Positions 29,756 through 42,894 of a stretch of DNA of 64,000 nt are shown here, one piece after another. The notes under the pieces are model-generated. The model saw only the letters and a list, made by a program, of their open reading frames with translations, searched no databases and was not told where the DNA came from. Position numbers and translations under genes: made by a program. Each line of letters opens with the position of its first letter. Position 1 is the stretch's first letter. Where the stretch lies: NCBI RefSeq assembly GCF_009914755.1, contig NC_060929.1; one strand, given 5' to 3'. Source of the DNA: the human T2T-CHM13v2.0 reference genome, Homo sapiens.

Positions 29756-31162
29756 ATTTATGGTATTGATTGTAACCACTCTAGGTGCTCTTTCAGATTT
29801 TCTCCATAGTTCCCCATCTTTATTAATCAGGAACTCAGAGAAAAGTTATCTAACAAGAAAATGATCACCATGAATATGACCAATATTAAGTATTAGAAAA
29901 AAAGTTTAGCACATTTTATAGATAAAATATTGAGTCTATAAAGTAGTGTATACCAACATAATATTGGCTTATCAATATTACAGACAAGTGTAGCTGTCCA
30001 TGCTGATGCAGTTGTCTAGTATATCTGGCATGAGCTCTGGAATGAAGATGTCTAATATCAATCCTGATGCTTTCGTAAAAACTTTTAGAGTAGGTACATA
30101 GAGCTAAGTTCTTGACAGGTGAAATAAACTTATCCTGAGAAAATGTCTTCTTTCTCAGGTGATCATCTGTTGGTCAAGCTGAATTTAGAATTTCTCTTTG
30201 GAATCGTCTTCTGACCCTGCAGCACATTCTTTTGATGGTCCTTCGTATGAACTCATCATTAATGTTGAAAATGGGATTTAATTTTTAGAAACAATCCAGT
30301 TATTTGAAGTATGGTGACTAATGAGTATTTTATCTTTTCCATTGTGTAGCAAAACAAAACAAAGCAAAATAAGAGTAAAGTGAAGTAAAGCAAAATAAAA
30401 TAGGTAGATGAGTCTTCTTAGTCATAAATTGAAGGCTACACCAAAAGAAGAGTTTCCCAAATATGAGCAAGGACAGTGTCATTGAATAAGCATATAACAT
30501 GCTAAATTAACTATTCTGAAAGTCAGCTTTTCTTGAAGGTACATGTTTGGCCATTCTTGTTATTGTACATGTAAACCTCATCTATTATAATTTCTGGTTA
30601 AGAGTTCAGAGGAGGATTTTATGAGTTTTGTTTTTAGCAAAAGAAACCACCTCTGACTAATTCAGCTAGTGATCAACCATAACCCCAGATCCCTTACACT
30701 GTATTTGTCCATAGCCACTGATTCCCCATTTTTCATTGTGTACTGTCTCTGCCCAATTACCCACACTAATGGAGAAGAGCAGCGGTGCAGATAATCTCAA
30801 GTAGCAGATGATGCAAACACATTTCATTTTTTGTTTTGTTTTGGAATGCAGTGTATGACTATTTTTACAGAAGGCGTACACATTCCTATTTATAGCTGGC
30901 TTAGGCTGTGGTCAAAAGTGATGTGCCTATTCTCACATTCACTGCTACAGCAGTAGAAAAAGTCATCCAGGAGCAAGCATGGCATTGAGGAGCAGCTGGC
31001 TAATAGCTGGTCAGTATCGAAACTGCATCAAGAATAGTTAAACATGATCATTGCCTTATGCAGTTTATTAAAGTTGGTTTCTGTGTGCCTGCTTTCAATA
31101 CACTGACTACTTTACATTTTCCTTTATGTACATCGTTTGCTGCAGCCAAACTGAAATACGGT

Positions 31163-31290
31163 TTCATTCATTCATTTTCTTTCATTCATTCATTTGCTTA
31201 ATAAAAATATATTGAGCACTATCTGTCAATTATTATTATAGGCACCAAAGAGAAAAATAAACAAAACCAAAATTCTAATCTTGCCCTGAT
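31163..31290 (-). mobile_element. L2 3' end
   Basis: (ttca)n...aaatatattgagcact is a reverse L2 tail. Confidence 0.6.
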
Positions 31291-31379
31291 ACTTTTCTAA
31301 AATAATTCCCTCTGCCTGATATTCCCTCACCTTCCGCTCTGGACACTCTGGGGACATCTCTTTTTCCTTTTCAAACCTG

Positions 31380-31700
31380 CTAATTTCCATTTGGAATCCA
31401 GATGCATCGGGAGACGTGGCTCCTCTAAGAGGTGTAGCTGTTAAGCATGTGACCCAGGTCAGTCAAACACAGTGAACCCCAGGACTTTCGCGAGGAATCC
31501 CCAGACACTTGTGCTCTACTCTGCCCTGGATTCTGAAGAATGTTGGTGTGAGCATAGAAACTGCTGCAATGACAATATCACCATGAAAGGAGATTACTGA
31601 TTTGTAGCCAGGGTTGATCCACAATTAGCAAAGCTGAAAGAAAAAGTCCAGAAACATAGTTAGAGGTTTTCTGTTACTTACAAATAAAAACATCATAATA
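31380..31700 (+). mobile_element. Old MLT1 LTR fragment
   Basis: gcatgtgacccaggtc...gaaccccaggacttt...ggttttctgttacttacaaataaaa. Confidence 0.5.
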
Positions 31701-32299
31701 GATAAATTCACATTGCTTGGTAAAATACTATTGGTATTAATACCTCAAGGGCCATCTTAAAAGTTTTCCTGATCCTTGAAATAAATAATATACTAGGTAT
31801 TCCATGTGAAAGGCACCCCTGGGCCCATAGACTAAAATCAGAATGTGGGCCCCTCCAACAGTGCAATGTTGTAAGTTTGACTTGAAACAAGAGGAGATTT
31901 GATTTTTCTCCACTTAACTTTTCTAACATTTCGCATGAAACTCTCTTAGGCATTGTTTTAAGATTATTTCTATATTTATATTCTTCCCCTTTCTACTCTT
32001 TAGTCCTTTAATTGAATCATCCCTGCTGAATTTCATTTGTTTTCTTTTCCAGCTTGACTCAGTAATTTTAAATTTTAATGTCAATGTCTCTGTCACTAGA
32101 CTCTCCACCCAATATAATGTCATTAGAGAACCAAAATAGCTCATTGTGGCATAATCCAAGATCAATACTTAAATAGAGGTTATAGTAAAACTCACAGTAA
32201 ATTACATATCAGGGTTTAGTCATTTAAATGTTTCATTTTCACTCTATGACTTCTGCAAGTAAATCTAAATGGAGAAGAATGATTAAGGCTATTCACATT

Positions 32300-32460
32300 T
32301 CTGAAATCAGGAAACCTGGGCCAAGTACATCACTTACTAGCGATGTGATTTTTAGCAAGGCACTTAACCTCTCTGAGTGTCATGTCACCCATTGACAAAA
32401 TGAATACCTGAACTACTCAGATTATTTTGTAAATTGTAAAACATCTTATAATTTTAATTA
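32300..32460 (+). mobile_element. MIR SINE fragment
   Basis: cacttactagcgatgtgatttttagcaaggcacttaacctctctgag. Confidence 0.7.
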
Positions 32461-32644
32461 TCTTATCTTTTTATCCAACAATATTTATTGAAAAATCTAA
32501 GTGCCCAGTCAGTATTGCAAGCCACCAGGGATACACAAATAAATGTTGTCAATAAATCCATTAAGGGGGAAACAACATGTAAAGAAAGCTGAAAATTCAC
32601 AGGGAGACAGCATGGAAAATTTCTTCGGTTAGTATGAAACAGAC

Positions 32645-33073
32645 TGCTAGCTATAGATCCATTTAGTAAAATTATGTTTCTTTTTATGAGGTAAACAAGT
32701 AGACCATATTTCTAAGCCTCTCTTGCAGATAGGTGTGACCATAAAACTGAGTAATAGAAGATGAGAGGACACATAGAAGTAATATGCATACTGTTTCTAT
32801 GCCAAATAAGTTAAAAAGTGTATATGCCCCCTCTGACCATCTTCTTCCTGTGAACTGCTAAATGCAAATAATAATGAAGCCATATGGAGTGAAAGAACAG
32901 CCATAATTTAGAGGGAACATGAATACCTGACTGACCGATGAAAGACAGGTGTCTCCTGTTCTGGCACATGTACTTCAAATAGTTATGTAAGGAAGAAAAA
33001 GATATTTATTGTGCCTAAACCATTAAATATTTGTGTCAACTTAATACTTAAGCATAACCTATCTTAACTAATA
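32645..33073 (+). mobile_element. MLT1 (J-like) LTR
   Basis: catatttctaagcctctcttgcagataggtgtgacca...gcataacctatcttaactaata. Confidence 0.6.
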
Positions 33074-33129
33074 ATCAATAACCCAGCATACCATGATCTT
33101 TTGTTGTTGTTGCTGTTCTTGTTGTTTCC

Positions 33130-34290
33130 TACTTAACTGGCAGTTCCTTCTTGATCTCTATTGTGGTTCCTTTAAATCCTTAATTCGTAAATTCAGAATG
33201 TCCCTGAATTGTCTTTGAACATCTTTTTGTATCTATATGCTCTTCCTCAGTGATTATAGGATTTGGGTTTTACTCTGAGTGAAAAACAAAGTCATTTAAT
33301 CACATAGATTTGAATACTGTTTTCATGATGATAATTCTTAAATGTATATTTCTGACAACTTTTTCCCATGGAATGCATGAGGTTTAATAGATGTCAAGTA
33401 TGCTTGACATCCCTGCTTGGATAACTCAAAGTCATCTCAACTTTAACATGCCCCAAACTGTGCACCTTATACTACTTCCCAAACCTCCTTCTCTCTGTGT
33501 TTTTCCATCTCAATTAATTATGCCAAAATGTTACCCTATATCCAACTCTCAGCTATACACTCAAAGCATACGCAGGATTTAACACTACTTATCAACTCCA
33601 TTACTACCACCCTCAATACACCATTATCATCTCACAATGGATTACTGCAGTAGCCTACTAAGCCATCCCCTAACTTCATACTTTGCTCTATTACCATCTA
33701 TTCCCCTCATAACAGCCAAACCCTCCTCTGCTTTCCTTGGAAAATGCTCCAGTAGCTTCCTTTCCACTCAAAGAAAATGGCAAAGTTGCAAATGCATGTA
33801 TGATAGGTAAACTACCTCTTTAACTTCATTTCTACAATTCTCCTTTCACTAACTGCTCCAGTTTCTCTTGTCCTCTTGCAACTCTTCAAGCACTCCGGGT
33901 ACCCTCAGACCCCAGGTAATCTTAAACTTGGCACTTACTGTTCCTCATGCCTGACTTGCTTATTTCCAGGACGTCCTTATGACATGCTTCCTTACCTTCT
34001 TCAGATCTTTACTCGAAAGTCACCTCATTAGAGAGCTCTTCCCATGCCATCCTATCAAAAATTGCAACCCCCCAAAATTTTTATTGCTCTTTCCTGTTTG
34101 ATTTTTCTCTTTGTCCCTTCTCACTAGCTAACATTTTATTTTATGTATTTACTTTATTGTCTACCTCCTCCTCAAGAATATAAGTTCTAGAGAGGCAGAT
34201 TGTTATCCATGTTATTAAATTTTGCATCTTCAGAACATAGAATAATATCTGGTATATAGAGGAGCTTAATAAAATTTGTTGAATGAATAA
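33130..34290 (+). mobile_element. L2 (L2a-like) 3' region
   Basis: catctcaactttaacatgccccaaactg...ggattactgcagtagccta...cttaataaaatttgttgaatgaat. Confidence 0.85.
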
Positions 34291-34309
34291 GTGACGAAAT
34301 GTTTTTTAT

Positions 34310-35920
34310 TGGTTTTTCATATTGAACTCGAAGGTTGAATAGAGCCTAGCCACGTAAAAAATAGGAGGTGGATAGCATTCCTAAAATAGATGAATGGAAA
34401 AGGTAGCAGGGCATATGTGGGTAACCTGACAATCAGACAATCACGTGCTGATCATAAGGAACTCTTTGAGCAGTGATGAGCTACGAGGTTAAAGATGGAA
34501 GCAGGGGCTAGATTACAAGGACTTTTGCCCTGTGCTAAGGACATGGCTTTTACTCTAGAGTCAATAAGGAGCCACTGAAGAACTTTTAGGTAGTGGAGCA
34601 AAACAGCAAATTTACCCTTTAGAAAAATTACTCTGACAGCATCATGGAGGATACAGTAGAAGGAAGCAAGGCCAATTTAGGGAAAATTAGTAAGAAATTA
34701 CTGCCGTTGTCCTGGATAAAAATGCTAAGAGTATGAAATAGAAGGAGACACACGTGAGATATATGTACAAAGTAGAAATAATGGTATTTGGTAACTAATC
34801 CACTATGGAGATTAGGAAACAGAAATTGGTTCAGAATAAGGGATTAGAATGACATCTGCCTTGTAAATGTTCTCATATTTTCCCAGTTACCTACTTTCTC
34901 TCTCCTTGGGTTGGTACTCCACCCAGGCTGAAGCATCTTAAATCCCTGACTGGCCACCAAGAGCCTAGCTGATGCAAGCTAGAAGTTAGCTCCTCCCAGT
35001 GTAAACACCAAGGAGTGGAAAATGTGAACCTGTGGAGGAAATCAGGCAGATAAAGTTATCATTTATTCTCTCTTCTGTAGACCATTTCAAAGAATGGTTT
35101 CAACTTGCAGCATGGTCAGAGAAGTTCAGTATGCTCCGAAAGTGCACCTTATGAAAGAACTTCGTGTCCTTTTATAGTTTACTGTAAAGCTGGAACCAAT
35201 ATGATAATGCATAATTTCACATGGCATACATCTTTTCTTGCTTCAGATTCCTTCTGTCCTCTTCCTTACTAACTGGGTCTTGCATTTCTCATGCAAAGTG
35301 TGAGCTCGTTAGTCCTTTTCTCAGGATATACTCTCTATAGCATCCAGGCTAACACACATAAAGTCTAATGTTTTAACTTGGAGACTGGCTAAATGGTTAT
35401 TCCATTCAGGTGCAGGGGGACATTAATAAATTCTACGTTGATACTGTAAGGCATAAAGTACTAAAGCAACATACAAGTAAATATTGTGTAGTCTGCACTA
35501 GAGATCGAGGGAGAAAGTCTGAATGACAGGTAGAGATTTGTAAATCACAAATATAAAGACTTTGGTGGAGTTTTGAGTTTAGGATAAGAGAAAATGTCTA
35601 TGAAATATAAACCTATGGAATATGGGCAGAGACTAAGAAGGAATTACCTGAAATACATAAAAATTAGTAAAAGAATGCTTTAATGAAAGTTAAGGGGGAG
35701 AGAGTTGCATAAGGGATAAAGTGTACAAAAGTGTCAGATATAATGAGGATTACAAAGTGTCAGATTTTGCAATTAGTCTCTTATTGTTGATATTGTTGGA
35801 AGTTATTTCAGTGGAATGGAAGTGTCAGAAAGCAAACTGTAGTAGGTTAAGCAGTGTCAGGGAGGTTACAAAGTAGAAAAGATGATAAATTCCTCTTATA
35901 AAAAACATTACTTGGAAGGG
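34310..35920 (-). mobile_element. L2 fragments interrupted by an old ERVL LTR (~34850-35355)
   Basis: ggagccactgaagaacttttagg...tttagaaaaattactctgacagc are reverse-L2 hallmarks; the central block ends LTR-like (...ccaggctaaca). Confidence 0.55.
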
Positions 35921-36222
35921 AAAGAGGTCACTGGCATTTTCACCTTGGAAAGAAATATCACTACGAGTAGGCCTTTCTGAATGACAGAAAATGGCGGTGG
36001 CATTTAAAAATTATGCAAAGCTTATTAGAGATACCATCCTTCTAGAGTCACTGCTAATATTAAAACCAGCGATTTTGTTAGCTAGAAGGCATTGCAAATC
36101 ACATATAAGCATTACATTGGAGTGATTGGATATGTTAATACTGTTGCAACAAAGTAATATGGAATTAATAATTCCCTTTTCCACCACAAGATAATACTCA
36201 TCCTGGAAGACAGCCCCCCTAT

Positions 36223-36225
<3 letters not shown>

Positions 36226-36284
<59 letters not shown>
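36226..36284. repeat. Pure (AT)29 microsatellite
   Basis: Uninterrupted AT run. Confidence 0.98.
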
Positions 36285-36290
<6 letters not shown>

Positions 36291-37859
36291 AGAAATTCTT
36301 TCACTATCACAGAGCAAAAATAGGGTATTCTGGCTAAGCTACAATTTTTACAGATAATAGAGAAGAAGGAATCTCCTTAAATTTCAAAACCATACACATG
36401 TGTACAATAACAAATTGAGATCCAGTGGTAGTCATAACCATAAATGTACAGTTTATAAAAACTCAGTACTTAAAGTCCAACCTATGAATAATTTATTCAA
36501 GAATATTAAAAAGTTTCTATTCTTATTAAAAACACTTCAAGTCAAGAAGGTGACAATTCTGAGTCTTGATTATTATTAAGTACAACAATTTAAGATAAAA
36601 AAAAATTAGCTGATGACCTGAGTAAATAAATGATGAGAAAAAATCAGAAACGGAAATATCTGAGACAAAGACTTTTAGCCACATGTGGTTGTGGTTTCAC
36701 CAATATATTAACTAGGGAGAAATATTGGAATCCATGGCTTAACCATGTTATGATTTGGTAGCTATATTAGTAGGAATATATGATCTGTAGATCTTCAGAT
36801 ATTTCCCTTTAATATCTAAATAAGAAAAGTGTAAGTCCCCATAAGAATTGACCACAGGAAATTCAACTTTATTGGATTTTCCTCTCCACATATTTCTGGG
36901 AATCCTCATGGAAATTACTAAACATTCCATAAATACAAGTTGGCTGTCATTTGTCTGCTTAGTCTCCTGCCTCACTGCAGACATCTAGCCAGAGTTTCTC
37001 TGTTGATCACACACCAGTCCTCTCAGACTGCCCCCACTCCCTCTGCTCCACTTAACCTAAATTTAGACACAGGCTTCTCCCTAAATTTCAACCAGTCCAA
37101 ATATAACCAGATTGCAACGTTTAAACTTTGCTGAGACTTCAAAATAAGGGAATTGAAACTCATAAAATAAAATACATATAACTAGAAATAAGTTATGACC
37201 AGAATCCATAAGGCAAGACACTTCTTGAATATCTTACTTGTAAACCCCTGGTTGGTTAATTCTGTAGGAATCACTTATATCCGAACCTTGGAATATAACT
37301 CAACATACTTCCCACCCTGGAGTCCAGATTCTCAACCACTCTAAGGCCGTCATAGAGTAAAGGCATTTATTTTCTAAAATTACATTAGATGCAATACAAA
37401 TACATTTTTGCAACTTCATTTTATTGAAATTGCCAATTTATCTGATTCAATTGCATAATAAGGTCCATTAAGCTGTTTTTTCCTAAAATAAAGGAAATCT
37501 GCCCTCAAAGGTGAACTCAATCACATCTCCAGCTTCGTTATTATTATTTTTTTGATGGAAGGAATGAGGTTCAGCCTCAGCTAGAATAGACCTTATGGCA
37601 TGTATAAAATTTATTTTCTAACTTCTACCAAACAACAGAAGTCAATGTATTGTACATTAGGATCAGGCAATGAGGGATAGTAATTCCTGAAAGATGGAAA
37701 ACAAATGAGGTGGTCCCTATGACTGCAGCAGTTTACTACCTGGAAAAAGTTTCCGAGGAGAAGAACATAGGTAGAGTTCAGTAGTCTCCCTGAATTAGAA
37801 AACATACTGGGAGCTCAGGGCATCCAAACAGGTGGCTAGAGTTCACGAGGCACTACTAA

Positions 37860-38505
37860 TTTAAATCCTTTAGTTTGGCATGTAAGGTTCTATATGATTT
37901 GATCCAATCATCTAACTCCAGTTTTATCCATTCAGGAATCTCCTCTGAAAGTCATTTTTCAGGCAATTCAAACCACTTGCAGTTCTCTGAACATGTCTTT
38001 CTTTGCCTTCCACTGTGAAAATGTTTCACACTGCCTCCCTCTGGAATAGCTTGGTGTTCCTCTGGTGAATACCTCATGACCAAATCATGACTCAAGCATT
38101 ACTATCTCAGTGAAGCCTTTCCTAAGATGTTGCCTCCCCGCTTCAAAGCTGTGAGATAATAATTTTGTAAGATAACAATAAAATAATAAAACTGTATTAT
38201 AACAATAAGTGCTAAGTCACTAGGTTTGTATGTGTTTGTTACAGCAGCAATAAGATGTGAATAAAATAGTCTGTGATCACTTCTGTCATGGTCGCTATTA
38301 ATATAATACATTAATACATGAATGTATTTCTTTGTTTATGTCTCCTATAGCTAGTAGAATGTAAACTTTGTGAACAACCATAATCAGGGCATATTAATCT
38401 CTGAGTTCTTATTCCTCAGTATAATACCTGGCATCACTTAGCATAATACCTGGTATGCCTGGTATATTAGTAGGCACCTAGTATTTGTTGCCTGAATGGA
38501 TGAAT
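37860..38505 (+). mobile_element. L2 fragments (with a short MLT1-like end near 38140-38255)
   Basis: gactcaagcattactatctcagtgaagcctttcct; ends gtaggcacctagtatttgttgcctgaatggatgaat. Confidence 0.6.
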
Positions 38506-38942
38506 AAAAAAAAATTGCTTGTCAGTATCTCTAATACCTAACCCATTTCCTTCAATCCCTGAGCTCCTACCCTAATTTCGGTGACTGAATGCCTAGAATA
38601 AATGAATCCTTCTGTTTTTATTTTTTTAACTTGAAAATAAAGTTTAATCTTATCTTATTTATCACCAGTGTGTCTTTGGACTATCACCCCAAGACTCCTT
38701 GTGAACTCTAGCCGCCTCCTTGGATGCCCTCAGCTCTCAGTATGTTCTCTAATTCAGGGAGTCTATTGAACTCTAACTATGTTCTCCTCCTTGCACTACA
38801 ACCTGGAAACTTTTTCCAGTTAGCAAACTGCTGCAGTCATAGAGACCACCTCATTTGTTTTCTATCTTTCAGAAATCACTATCCTTCATTGCCTGATGTA
38901 CAATATATTGATTTATGTTGTTGTATAGAAGGTAGAAAATAA

Positions 38943-39246
<304 letters not shown>

Positions 39247-42200
39247 TTAGAAAATAAATTTTATACATGTCCTAAAGTCTATTCTAGCTGAGACAGAACC
39301 TCATTTCTTCCATCTAAAAATTGAAGTTTAACCTTTTCTTATTTATCACCAATATGTGTTTGGACTATCACTCCAAGACAGGTACAAATGAAAAGAAATT
39401 GAAGAATCATAGAAATAAGTATGTTAAAGAAAAAAAAAAACTAAAGAAAACCTAAACAACACTGGTTTTGTTTCAGGAACCAGAAGATGGGAGAGAAGCT
39501 GTAAATCTCTCTGGAGTCCAGCCTGAGTAAATAGCCGCCAGTGCCAGAGAAAGGGAGCCCAGATATAATTTGGGAGCTGGACTGGGCAACATCCTTGAAT
39601 TGTCTGTCCTTAGATATACACTTCTGCCACACATCCCCACTATTGAATTTCAGCCATCAGTCCCTGTTTGCATGTCCCATGCCCACCCCAGGTGGTGGGA
39701 GCTACCATCAGTGACTTGTTAGACATTACTCCAGCACCCAGGACCTTAACAAGGAGTGATGTTTCCTGTCGACCCAATTTAGATATGAGTGTATTTTTCT
39801 GTGAAAATAGTATAATGTTTCCAATGAGGTTTAAGATATAACAAAAGGATTCTATCCATAATGTCTGTTGTGGGTAGAATGTATCTTTTTACATTGGTCT
39901 TTGAATTTTACCATCATTTAAAATGTTTTTATGGGAAATGACTTTGGGTTCCCAGCAGACTATTTAAATATCATACTGCATATAGCTCAAATAGAGTCTT
40001 GATTTGTAAGTAAATAAACACTTCTATCATGCCAAGTAAACAACTTTGGAAAAGGCATATTTTTAATTCATCAGAGGTTCAAAATTTGTGCAGAACAAAA
40101 CTGAAATCTGACTTTTATTTACAGCTTAAAAGTTTCCTAGTGGTTTTGAAACTAGAAAATACAGGTATCTTATGCTCTCTTTCCCTGGCAGTGACACCAA
40201 AGAGCCACCCTACTCCAAAGTGCACTCTGAAAAAGGAACAAAGTCTCATTCGCCAAGAGCAATAAGAAAACAGCTTCAATTGCTTTTCTCCCCAAGCATC
40301 CCTTGTTTAGCATCGGCCTTCTTTCTCCCCTATAATGCCAGACAAATTAAATGATCTGGGCTACTGCTTGTTATTGAACATCCAAAGGGATTAAGTTTCA
40401 AATATTCAGCAATAGATTGATGCTGCTGGAAGAAAAACTGGAAGCCAATAAACTGCTAGATTGAGTTGATGGCTCCATATGTAATGTCATCTGAAAGAGT
40501 ATGCGACAGTTTGCAAAACAAGCAGGCTTTAGGCAGCACAAGCACTTGGCTCAGGCATTTACACAGGAATGACAAAACTAGGTTTTTATGTCTGCAGTGC
40601 CTCTAACCCTATGATGGTTTTGTCACCATTTGGGCTTTTCTCCTATGGTGACCCAGCTAGCAAACTCAGAGCAAAGTGACCCAACTGAGAAGTAAACATT
40701 CAGCAGCTCTTGGCTCAAGAAAACAAACAAAATAAAATTGCATGACATTTGGGGTAAACATTATGGATTTGCTTAAACAAAATAAATCAGTCTGGTATTT
40801 CAAGACATTCACTAGTTCTAATACAATGGGAAAAAGGAAAACAGAAGGAGCCAGCAATCTCTGTTTTTTATCAGGTTTTATGTATAGGTAGCTGGCATAG
40901 CCAAGCCAGTTCCTTAAGAAGCTGTTCATCATCAACAAAAGAAAAGGAGATGGCACTATTTTAAATACTTTTCCAAAGCAATTATCTATTTCATTGTAGT
41001 TTCAGAAATGAATTTTGTTTTCTCCATCCTATAATTGTAATTATTTTCTAACTCCTTGAGAGAGATTTACAGTGACAAATGGGGCTAATATTTTTCATTG
41101 TTCCTTTTAAAATTTTCCACTTATGCCATTTATACTATAGATGATAGATTTGCCCTAGTTCCAAATCTACTTTGCAATAATTAAAGCAAATAAAAATATC
41201 ATTCGGCCTGATTTCCACATGGAACTTGTGCTAAAAAAGTGTTTTATGGCCATAAAGAAATCACTGTACTGTTTATATGAACAGATTTCTAGCTATTGAT
41301 CATGATTAAATTAATCATTTCCAAACATTTTGGTATAAAAACAATTTTGGCAGGGCAAAATCACTTTACTTTCCCTGGGATACTACCCGACAAATAACAG
41401 TATACTACTTCTAATAGCCTAGTTCTTGGTATTTCTCACACTATGGAGAATAGAACAGAGTGCTTTGGGCAAGGTGATGCAGAAGGGAGAGCAAAATCAG
41501 AGTTGGGAATAAATGATCTTCTTATTGAGGCTTTGTCTGAGTTCTCTTCTCCTTCTTTTACTTTGGAACATAGCTATGAATGAGAAGGATTCCATTGAAA
41601 ATGGTCTATGACAAGATCCAGGTGTTAGCAACATCATTAATTCTACCCAGTCTCCTAACACTATATAGTCATTCTTGGCCAAAGGTAATTTCAACTCTTT
41701 CATCTTTTTCAGTCCTGATAATCATGCTATCTCCTCTCCTCTCAGTATATGAATTAATTTCTTTAAATTACAAATAGCACATGCTTCTTTGGGTATATTT
41801 TAAATAAGCAAAACTTTAAGTTGTCATCTTTCTTTTGAAGGAGTCTCTCTTCTCATTGAGACTTTTTCTTTCTCCCTTTCCCCTTTTCTTTCCTCCCTTC
41901 CTTCCTGCTTTTCACAAACATAACCTGAAGCTAATTTTACTCTTACTTTACTTCTAAAGTTCTTACACTTTTGAACTCGGTCAAATTAGAAATAGATTAT
42001 AAATAATTTGAGATTTGAAGAGCTAGTAATATACCTAGTATATGTCAAACAAAATAATTGTATAAAAAAGGAAGGTGGCACACTTCTTAAGGAGCTTTAT
42101 TTATGAAATTGTTTTAGACATTTGCCTGATATGATCAGTTTATAAGCTATATCATAACGCTAAAACAAAGACTAAATTAATTCTTACTGAAAGTAAGCTA

Positions 42201-42894
42201 CTCACAGAATATGGAATGTAACAGGAGGCAGGCAGGTTTCTATTTGAAATCCATTTAATATTTCTGTTTCTACCAAGGCTTTGTATTTTTCCTAATGTGC
42301 TGTCATCATTACTTTAATTTTAGTGCTTATAACATTCCAATCCATAAGCACATTTTAACTTAATTATTTTTATTACAAAGCTGTATTCTTGGAGAAACGT
42401 AGCCTCACCTATTGTTCTACTGTGTACACTGTGTGTACACTGCATAGTACCTGAAGCAGCAAGTACTAAACATTTTTCTCAGTCAACTCTGGGGTGCAAT
42501 GTGAGATCTTCTTTTGATATATTCATATTTTTGTGAACCCTACATTCCACACCTTATACTATACTTATAAACGGAGTAAAGTTTCAAAGTCTGCTTTGAT
42601 TTTTCCCCAAAATTGTGATTAACAATTAAAATGTAATACTTGGGTCTTGAGGAAAAGTTGACTTAGTTACAACCTAGCAGTATCACCTGGAATTTCTACA
42701 AAGCCATGAGAAACGTCAGGAGAATTCATTTCTAGTGCTGGGTCTGCTCCATATCAGCTAGGTGATATGAAGAAAGTCACTTACCATTGTAGGTCCTGAG
42801 CCTCTTGAAATATTAAATAAGAGGATTTTAAAAGCTGGTTTCAAAATCCACTTTCAGCTCTCACAGATCATAAGCCTTTGTTTCTTTGCTTGAT

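Noticed and set aside
30175-30283. Minus-strand peptide NPIFNINDEFIRRTIKRMCCR resembling a GPCR helix-8 region
   Set aside because: In-frame stop just upstream, no transmembrane helices and no acceptor
37611-38942. Two similar ORFs on opposite strands as a paralogous small-protein pair
   Set aside because: They are translations of the inverted repeat, whose core looks L1-derived; no coding evidence
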